From NCBI GenBank assembly GCA_963740355.1, contig CAVUDW010000003.1:2048001-2112000 (forward strand): 64,000 nt of DNA. The letters run 5' to 3'. The translations under genes and the position numbers were made by a program. The notes beneath the pieces were generated by a model, which did no database searches, was not told the DNA's origin, and saw nothing but the letters and a program-made list of their open reading frames with translations. Source of the DNA: an uncultured Gemmatimonadaceae bacterium (GTDB taxonomy: Bacteria > Gemmatimonadota > Gemmatimonadetes > Gemmatimonadales > Gemmatimonadaceae). The first letter of the stretch is position 1; each line of letters opens with the position of its first letter. Shown here in pieces: positions 57,618-64,000 of this stretch.

Positions 57618-58214
57618 ATGGACGATCAGGAGCAGGCAGGCGCTCAGGTCTCGCGTCGGGAGTTCGTGGCAGGGTTCGCCGTGCTGGGTGCCGTCTGGAT
57701 GGTGGCAGGCGCCGCATGTACGCGAGAATCGAGTTGGGGCGGCGACTCGACGAAGCTGGTGCACTTCTCCCCGGGCGATGCCGCGCAGATCGATGCCATC
57801 ACGGCCCGCATCCTCCCCTCCGACGACACTCCCGGCGCGCGTGAAGCCGGTGTGGTCTACTTCGTCGACCAGTCGCTGAAAGGCTTCGCCAAGGATCAGG
57901 CCCCGATCTTTGCCGAGGGCCTGAAGTCACTCGGTGAGGCGGTGACGAAGAAACATGGCAGCGCTGCCACCTTCGCATCGCTGACAGCGGAACAGCAGGA
58001 TGCGATGCTGAAGGAGATCGAGAAGACGCCGTTCTTCGGCGCAATCCGATTCGCGACGCTGGCCGGATTCCTGTCGCTACCCAAGTACGGCGGCAACAAG
58101 GACTACGTCGGCTGGAAGATGATCGGGCAGGAGGTGGTGATGGAGCACAAGGCGCCATTCGGCTGGTACGATCGCCCGGAAAACCAGAAGGCGCTGCTTG
58201 GACGGGTACTCTGA
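57618..58214 (+). CDS. Gluconate 2-dehydrogenase subunit 3-like Tat partner subunit
   Basis: SRREFV leader, RILPSDDTPGAREAGVVYFVD, PKYGGNKDYVGWKMIG. Confidence 0.92.
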   Translation: MDDQEQAGAQVSRREFVAGFAVLGAVWMVAGAACTRESSWGGDSTKLVHFSPGDAAQIDAITARILPSDDTPGAREAGVVYFVDQSLKGFAKDQAPIFAEGLKSLGEAVTKKHGSAATFASLTAEQQDAMLKEIEKTPFFGAIRFATLAGFLSLPKYGGNKDYVGWKMIGQEVVMEHKAPFGWYDRPENQKALLGRVL

Positions 58215-59890
58215 TGCAGATGCCCACCACCCAGGCTGAACCGAAGCAGCCGTCGTACGCCACGAGCACTCCCGTTGACTTCGTGGTAATCGGTTCCGGT
58301 ATTGCTGGCGGTTCAGTGGCGCGTGAATTGACGCGCAATGGTTTTGAAGTCGTGTTGCTCGAGCAGGGTCGCAAGGTGGGCCCGGAGGACATGGAGCACG
58401 ATGAACTCGGTGCCTTCATGTGGCCGCGCTGGACCAACGATCCTGCGGTGTCGCCCCAGACGTATCGCAAGACCGAGGCGGACAAGCCTGAGCAACGCAA
58501 CTTCGCGCAGTACGCTCGCGCCGTCGGCGGCACCACCTTGCACTTCACGGGCAATTTCTGGCGCTTTCGCCCGATCGACTTTCACGAGAAGAGTGCGCGC
58601 GGCGGTGTCGCGGGTGCGGATCTCGCAGACTGGCCGATCACCTACGACGAACTCGAGCCGTACTACACGCAGGTGGAATACGCGGTCGGTGTGTCGGGCG
58701 AAGTCGGCAACGACCCGCGCGAACCGAAACGATCGAAGCCGTTTCCGTTGCCGCCGCTGAACGTGACGGGTCCAGGCGTGTTGCTCGAAGTCGGCGCGAA
58801 GAAACTCGGTTGGAGCTCGAAGGCCGCACCGATGGCGCTCCTGTCGCAGCCATACAAAGGCCGGCAGCCCTGTCACAATTGCGGCTTCTGCCTTGGCTTC
58901 CCGTGTGAATGGGGCGCGAAGTCCGGCGCCAACTGGACCATGGTGCCAGAAGCGCTGGCCAGTGGCAAGTGTGAGCTGCGCGCCAACAGTTACGTGCGAA
59001 AGATCGAGACCGACGACAGCGGTCGGGTCACCGGCGTGATCTATTTCGACAAGGACAAGAAGGAGATCGTGCAGAAGGCGAAGGCGGTCGTACTCTGCGC
59101 CAACGGTGCGGAAACGCCACGCCTCCTCTTCAACTCGAAGACGAATCGTTTTCCCGACGGCCTCGCCAACTCGAGTGGTGTGCTGGGCAAGCACCTGATG
59201 TGCAACGGCAATGTGTCGACGCAGGGCGAGTTCGAGCACGAGGTGAATGCGCACAAGGGCCCAGTGGTCACGCGCATCACGCAGGAGCCGTACGAGCTGG
59301 ACCCGAAGCTGAACCTGATTGGCGGCGGCGGCTTCGACTTCCGCATGTCGGTGCCGGCGCTGGTCTGGACCCTTGGTATGCCGGAAGATGGACCGATGTG
59401 GGGGAGCGGCTTCAAGAAGCGCATGCGCCCCTGGTTCCGGAACACCGTCGAAAGTCTTGGCCATACGACGCAGTTGCCAGTCGCCACCAACGCCGTCACG
59501 ATCGATCCGGAGCTCAAGGATGCGTGGGGCGTGCCCGCGATGCGTGTCACGTTCAAGGAGCACGAACATGACATGCGCCTCTACAAGCATTTCCAGGCGC
59601 TGGGGCGCGAGTTGATGACCGCCGCAGGTGCGACGAAAGTGCACCAGGGTGAACTCAACGACACACCAGGCAGCGCAGTGCACTTGCTCGGCACGGCACG
59701 AATGGGCAATGACCCGAAGACTTCGGTCGTCGACAAGTATCACCGAGCGCACGACGTGAAGAATCTCTTCATCGTCGACGGCAGCAGTTTCGTGACCAGT
59801 GGTCGCGGGCAGCCGACGATGACCATCCAGGCGCTGGCGTTCCGTGCGGCCGATCACATCGCAGATTTCGCTCGCAAGGGCGAAATCTGA
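58214..59890 (+). CDS. GMC oxidoreductase flavoprotein, tandem copy 1
   Basis: [66 protein letters not shown] coupling. Confidence 0.94.
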   Translation: MQMPTTQAEPKQPSYATSTPVDFVVIGSGIAGGSVARELTRNGFEVVLLEQGRKVGPEDMEHDELGAFMWPRWTNDPAVSPQTYRKTEADKPEQRNFAQYARAVGGTTLHFTGNFWRFRPIDFHEKSARGGVAGADLADWPITYDELEPYYTQVEYAVGVSGEVGNDPREPKRSKPFPLPPLNVTGPGVLLEVGAKKLGWSSKAAPMALLSQPYKGRQPCHNCGFCLGFPCEWGAKSGANWTMVPEALASGKCELRANSYVRKIETDDSGRVTGVIYFDKDKKEIVQKAKAVVLCANGAETPRLLFNSKTNRFPDGLANSSGVLGKHLMCNGNVSTQGEFEHEVNAHKGPVVTRITQEPYELDPKLNLIGGGGFDFRMSVPALVWTLGMPEDGPMWGSGFKKRMRPWFRNTVESLGHTTQLPVATNAVTIDPELKDAWGVPAMRVTFKEHEHDMRLYKHFQALGRELMTAAGATKVHQGELNDTPGSAVHLLGTARMGNDPKTSVVDKYHRAHDVKNLFIVDGSSFVTSGRGQPTMTIQALAFRAADHIADFARKGEI

Positions 59891-61566
59891 TGCAGGCACC
59901 GGCACAAACTTCGGCACCTGCCACCAAGACCTACCCCACTGACACTCCCGTCGATTTCGTCGTCATCGGCTCGGGAGTGTCCGGTGCGTCCGTAGCGCGG
60001 GAACTCGGACGCAAGGGATTTGACGTCGTGATGCTCGAGCAGGGCCGGACCGTTGGCCCTGACGATATGGAGCACGATGAGTTGGGCGCATTTCGCTGGC
60101 CGCGGTGGACGAATGACCCGTCGCTGTCGCCGCAGACCTTCCGCACCAGTGAGGACCAGAAGGCGGAAGTGCGTCCATTCGTGAAGTATGCGCGGGCGGT
60201 CGGCGGCACCACACTGCACTTCACCGGCAACTACTGGCGCTTCCGGCCGATCGACTTTCACGAGTTCTCGACGCACGGAGGTGTCGCCGGTGCCGCGATG
60301 GCGGATTGGCCGATCACCTACGACGAACTGGAGCCGTACTACACGGCTGTCGAATATGCGGTGGGTGTCTCCGGCGAGGTCGGTGACGATCCGCGGGAGC
60401 CGCGACGCTCGAAGCCGTACCCCTTGCCCCCGCTGAACGTGACGGGGCCCGGCGTGTTGCTGGAAGTTGGCGCGAAAAAACTCGGCTGGGCCTGCAAGGC
60501 GGCACCGATGGCGATCCTGTCGCGCGAATACCAAGGCCGTCAGCCGTGTCACAACTGCGGCTTCTGCCTTGGCTTCCCCTGTGAGTGGGGTGCCAAGTCC
60601 GGTGCCAACTGGACGATGGTTCCGCAGGCGCTGGCCACCGGCCGCGTCGAGCTGCGGAGCCACAGCTACGTGCGAAAGATCGAGACCGACGACAGTGGCC
60701 GCGCCAACGGCGTGATCTATTTCGACAAGGACAAGAAGGAAGTCGTTCAGAAAGCCAAGGCCGTGGTGTTGTGCGCCAACGGCGCCGAGACACCGCGGTT
60801 GCTGCTGATGTCGAAGTCGAATCGCTTTCCCGATGGCCTTGCCAACTCGAGTGGCGTGGTGGGCAAGCACTTCATGTTCAATGGTGGCGGCAGCGCCAGC
60901 GGGACGTTCGAGCACGAGGTGCATGCGCACAAGGGACCGGTGGTCACGCGCATCTCACTCGAGCACTACGAGCTGGATCCCAAGCTCGGGCTGCATGGCG
61001 GTGGTGGCTTCGATTTCCGCATCTCGAATCCCGCGCTGATGCGCACGAACGGCATGCCCGACGATGGACCAACCTGGGGCAGCGACTTCAAGAGGCGGAT
61101 GCGCAGCTGGTTCCTCAACTCCGTCGATGCCGCGGGTCACACGACGTCGCTGCCGGTGCCGACCAACTCGGTGTCGCTCGACCCGGAGCTGAAGGACGCG
61201 TGGGGACTTCCCGCCATGCGCGTGACCTTCCAGGAGCACGACGAGGACCTGAAGCTCTACAAGTATTTTCAGGAGCGGGCCGTCGAATTGATGACCGCTG
61301 CCGGGGCGACGAAGGTCTACCCGACCCCGATACGCACCGCACCTCGCCAGACGGTGCACCTGCTTGGCACCGCCCGCATGGGCAATGATCCGACGTCGTC
61401 GGTGGTGGACAAGTACCATCGCGCCCACGATGTGAAGAACCTCTTCATCGTGGACGGCAGCAGCTTCGTGACCAGCGGTCGCGGGCAGCCGACGATGACG
61501 ATTCATGCACTCGCGTTTCGTGCCGCGGATCACATCGCGGACTTCGCACGGAAGGGCGAGATCTGA
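59890..61566 (+). CDS. GMC oxidoreductase flavoprotein, tandem copy 2
   Basis: Same motifs and same length (558 aa) as copy 1; TGATG coupling. Confidence 0.94.
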   Translation: MQAPAQTSAPATKTYPTDTPVDFVVIGSGVSGASVARELGRKGFDVVMLEQGRTVGPDDMEHDELGAFRWPRWTNDPSLSPQTFRTSEDQKAEVRPFVKYARAVGGTTLHFTGNYWRFRPIDFHEFSTHGGVAGAAMADWPITYDELEPYYTAVEYAVGVSGEVGDDPREPRRSKPYPLPPLNVTGPGVLLEVGAKKLGWACKAAPMAILSREYQGRQPCHNCGFCLGFPCEWGAKSGANWTMVPQALATGRVELRSHSYVRKIETDDSGRANGVIYFDKDKKEVVQKAKAVVLCANGAETPRLLLMSKSNRFPDGLANSSGVVGKHFMFNGGGSASGTFEHEVHAHKGPVVTRISLEHYELDPKLGLHGGGGFDFRISNPALMRTNGMPDDGPTWGSDFKRRMRSWFLNSVDAAGHTTSLPVPTNSVSLDPELKDAWGLPAMRVTFQEHDEDLKLYKYFQERAVELMTAAGATKVYPTPIRTAPRQTVHLLGTARMGNDPTSSVVDKYHRAHDVKNLFIVDGSSFVTSGRGQPTMTIHALAFRAADHIADFARKGEI

Positions 61567-61576
61567 ACGAACGGCA

Positions 61577-61608
61577 GGCTGAGAGGCGATCCAGATCGTA
61601 TCTCAGCC
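61577..61608. terminator. Hairpin between convergent genes, possible terminator
   Basis: GGCTGAGA...TCTCAGCC arms with inner CGAT/ATCG pairing, 10 bp after the GMC stop; no strong U-tract. Confidence 0.4.
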
Positions 61609-61649
61609 CGCACTTCACTTCCTGCCGGCGGCACTGGCGTTGCGCACGC

Positions 61650-62363
61650 TCAGCCGCGGCTCATCTCTAGCACCACCTGCCATTCGGCGGCTGTCACCGG
61701 CGCCACACTGAGCCGGCTGACCTTCAGCAGCGCGGTCTCGGCCAGCGCTGGATTGGCCTTGATCTCCGGCAGTGTCACCGGTCGCGGCAAGGCTTCGACG
61801 GCACGCACGTCGACCATGAACCAGGTCGGCGTCTCCGCGACCGACGCGGGATCGTAGTAGTCGTGCGACGGATCGAGCGCCGTGTGGTCGGGATACCCTT
61901 CACGCACGACTTCACAGATCCCGACGATGGCGGAGGGCTCTGCATTGGAGTGGTAGTAGAAGCAGAGATCCCCGAGCTTCATGGCATCGCGAAGGAAATT
62001 GCGCGCGCCAGTGTTGCGGACACTGTCCCAACTGGTGGTCTGGTTCGGCGCCGCCTGCAGGTGCTGGAATGAGAAGACATCCGGCTCCGACTTGATCAGC
62101 CAGTAGCGCCGTTCGCCGGCTTCGCGTGTGTAGACGTGCGCCCATCTCCCCAGCTCGTACGGCATCGACTGCGGGGCCTTCTTCGTAGCTGGCGATTTCT
62201 TCACTGGCGATTTCTTCGCTGGCGCGGCCTTCGCAGCAGCCTTCCTGACCGCCGGTGCCTGCGCCGCTGCCGTCCTTTTCGTTGGCGCCTTCGCGACAGC
62301 CTTCCTTGCTCCTGCCGACTTCTTCGCGGGCGCCTTGGCTCCCGCCTTCTTCTTCGCAGCCAT
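61650..62363 (-). CDS. EVE-domain protein with a histone H1-like Lys/Ala/Pro-rich N-terminal extension
   Basis: AAKKK/PAKK repeats, then YWLIKSEP..FS, W..VRN..ARNFLRD.MK.GD..FYYHSN, W.MVDV, SRLSV.PV...EW. Confidence 0.93.
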   Translation of the reverse strand: MAAKKKAGAKAPAKKSAGARKAVAKAPTKRTAAAQAPAVRKAAAKAAPAKKSPVKKSPATKKAPQSMPYELGRWAHVYTREAGERRYWLIKSEPDVFSFQHLQAAPNQTTSWDSVRNTGARNFLRDAMKLGDLCFYYHSNAEPSAIVGICEVVREGYPDHTALDPSHDYYDPASVAETPTWFMVDVRAVEALPRPVTLPEIKANPALAETALLKVSRLSVAPVTAAEWQVVLEMSRG

Positions 62364-62447
62364 CGTCAATCACGCCTCGAAATGGTCAGGTCACCAACGT
62401 ACTTGCCACCGCAAAGATAAAGCGCATTTCGCTTTACGTCCTGCATT

Positions 62448-62707
62448 CCCCGAAGCAGTTCCCCAAAGCAGTTCCCCAAAGCAGTTCCCCGAAGCAGTTC
62501 CCTCATGCAGTTGCAGTTGCTCTTGCTGTTCCCCGCGGCTCCGCGTCCCCCGCGGCTCCGCGAGTTTTACCGTGTGGACCGTTGGCGCAGCACGCACCGT
62601 CGTTGTCCGTGGAGCTGGACGCTCCGAATTGTCCACACTCCCTCACGCGGAGCCGCGGGGGACGCGGAGCCGCGGAGGAACTGCAAGGGAACTGCGCCAG
62701 GAACTGT
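62448..62707. repeat. Composite intergenic repeat: 13-bp tandem array plus a 30-bp perfect inverted repeat
   Basis: CCCC(G/A)AAGCAGTT x4 (62448-62499) plus one degenerate unit; CCGCGGCTCCGCGTCCCCCGCGGCTCCGCG (62533-62562) and its exact reverse complement (62646-62675); GGAACTG x3 follows. Confidence 0.9.
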
Positions 62708-62749
62708 GGCGATGTGCTACGTGCGATTCGTGCGCGTTATCTTTGGTGC

Positions 62750-63139
62750 ATGGAACAGGTGCCGACACACTACGACGCCCTTGGCGGAGCTGACGGGATC
62801 GCGCAGATCGTGACGCGGTTCTATGACTTGATGGACACTGCGCCAGAGGCGGTGCATGTACGGGCGCTGCACGCGACGAGCCTCAAGGTGTCGCGCGAGA
62901 AACTCACCCTGTTCCTCACCGGATGGACCGGCGGCCCGCAGGTCTACGTCGAGAAGTACGGGCATCCGATGCTACGGCAGCGGCACTTTCCGTTCGCCAT
63001 CGGCGCGGTGGAACGCGATGAGTGGATGTGGTGCATGGATCGCGCGTTGGTCGAACATGACATGGACCCCGATCTGCGCACCTACCTTCGGCAGCGGTTT
63101 TCCGCCCTCGCAGATCACATGCGAAACCAGCCAGGCTGA
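62750..63139 (+). CDS. Group II truncated hemoglobin
   Basis: YDALGG, V.RFYDLMD, FL.GWTGGP..Y....GHPMLRQRH.PF.IG..ERDEW..CM, ADHMRN. Confidence 0.93.
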   Translation: MEQVPTHYDALGGADGIAQIVTRFYDLMDTAPEAVHVRALHATSLKVSREKLTLFLTGWTGGPQVYVEKYGHPMLRQRHFPFAIGAVERDEWMWCMDRALVEHDMDPDLRTYLRQRFSALADHMRNQPG

Positions 63140-63158
63140 CGTTCCGCGCGCCGATCGC

Positions 63159-63998
63159 TCACCCGCCGATCGGCGATCCTGGCACTCGCGGAGTCATGCC
63201 GTGCAGAGCAAGCGCCGCTGCAATCTCATCCAGCGTCGCCGGATCGTCGATCGTCGGCGGCATCGTCCAGACATCGCCATCGGCGATCGACCGCATCGTC
63301 TTCCGCAGCACCTTCCCCGATCGCGTCTTCGGCAACCGCGCCACGACGATCGCCTGGCGGAAGTTGGCCACTGGCCCGACCTGTGCGCGCACCAACTGCA
63401 CCAGCTCTTCGATGATCGTCTCGTGCGCACGGACCACGCCGGCCTTCAGCACCACGAAGCCCAGCGGCAACTGCGTCTTGAGTGGATCGCGCACACCGAT
63501 CACGGCACACTCCGCTACATCTGGATGGCTGGCGAGTGCCTGCTCGATCGACCCGGTCGAGAGGTTGTGCCCAGCAACGATGATGATGTCGTCGACGCGA
63601 CCCATGATGAACAGGTAACCATCCTCGTCGATGTATCCGCCATCGCCGGTGAGGTAGTAGCCCGGATACCGCGACAGGTAGGTCTCGATGTAGCGCGCGT
63701 CATTCCGCCACAGCGTCGGCAGCGTGCCGGGTGGCAGCGGCAGCCGAATCACGACCGCGCCCTCCCTGTTCGGCGGTAGGACATTGCCATCCTCGTCGAG
63801 AATTTCCACCACGTACCCAGGCACCGGCTTGGTCGGTGACCCAGGCTTCACGGGGAATGCGCCAAGGCCCATGCAGTTGGCGGCGACGGCCCAGCCGGTT
63901 TCCGTCTGCCACCAGTGATCGATCACCGGCTTCTGCAGGAGCGCACGCGCCCAGTGATAGGTGTCGGGATCGAGCCGTTCGCCTGCGAGAAACAACGC
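63159..63998 (-). CDS. prpE: Propionyl-CoA synthetase-like acyl-CoA ligase, C-terminal part (5' end outside the window)
   Basis: FLAGERLDP, VIDHWWQTETG, LPLPPG, YLTGDGG, GRVDDII.VAGH.LSTG, LPKTRSGK. Confidence 0.85.
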   Translation of the reverse strand, partial: ALFLAGERLDPDTYHWARALLQKPVIDHWWQTETGWAVAANCMGLGAFPVKPGSPTKPVPGYVVEILDEDGNVLPPNREGAVVIRLPLPPGTLPTLWRNDARYIETYLSRYPGYYLTGDGGYIDEDGYLFIMGRVDDIIIVAGHNLSTGSIEQALASHPDVAECAVIGVRDPLKTQLPLGFVVLKAGVVRAHETIIEELVQLVRAQVGPVANFRQAIVVARLPKTRSGKVLRKTMRSIADGDVWTMPPTIDDPATLDEIAAALALHGMTPRVPGSPIGG

Positions 63999-64000
63999 CC

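Noticed and set aside
58214..61566. Tandem GMC genes as an assembly artefact
   Set aside because: The copies differ at many synonymous and non-synonymous positions throughout.
1..64000. tRNA, rRNA, riboswitch, integrase or transposase
   Set aside because: None recognised by eye; an Infernal/tRNAscan run would be needed to exclude small RNAs.

Overview
A GC-rich, gene-dense bacterial window with no rRNA, tRNA, CRISPR array or recognisable mobile element. The gene repertoire (RCC1/Ig lipoprotein, membrane Ser/Thr kinase with a TPR-like tail, many Tat/Sec-exported peptidases, GMC oxidoreductases) looks like Gemmatimonadota; this is inference. The standout region is 1-11555, a co-directional five-gene proteolytic-signalling cluster: (i) a 5'-truncated caspase-like (C14) + nSTAND1-type NTPase + TM + WD40 receptor; (ii) a membrane Ser/Thr kinase; (iii) a 109-aa protein made almost entirely of a 13-aa tandem repeat (KGREGDIVAPVSG), whose five identical copies differ in DNA only at silent positions; (iv, v) two further caspase-like proteases with intact His/Cys dyads. 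All three proteases and the peptide carry a [T/G]-R-[D/E/S/G] motif, suggesting an Arg-directed cleavage cascade in which the peptide is a multi-site substrate, decoy or precursor (hypothesis). The rest of the window holds a CzcCBA-type efflux operon preceded by a CXXC/RAPP leader ORF, a porin/P-II/gamma-glutamyl cluster, four GMC oxidoreductases with three Tat-type partner subunits, several peptidases, ppk1, a membrane LuxR/DUF4199 pair with candidate operators, a BVMO-esterase pair, an H1-like-tail/EVE fusion, a truncated globin, a partial prpE, and three intergenic REP-like repeat clusters. All family assignments come from motif recognition by eye, with no database searches.
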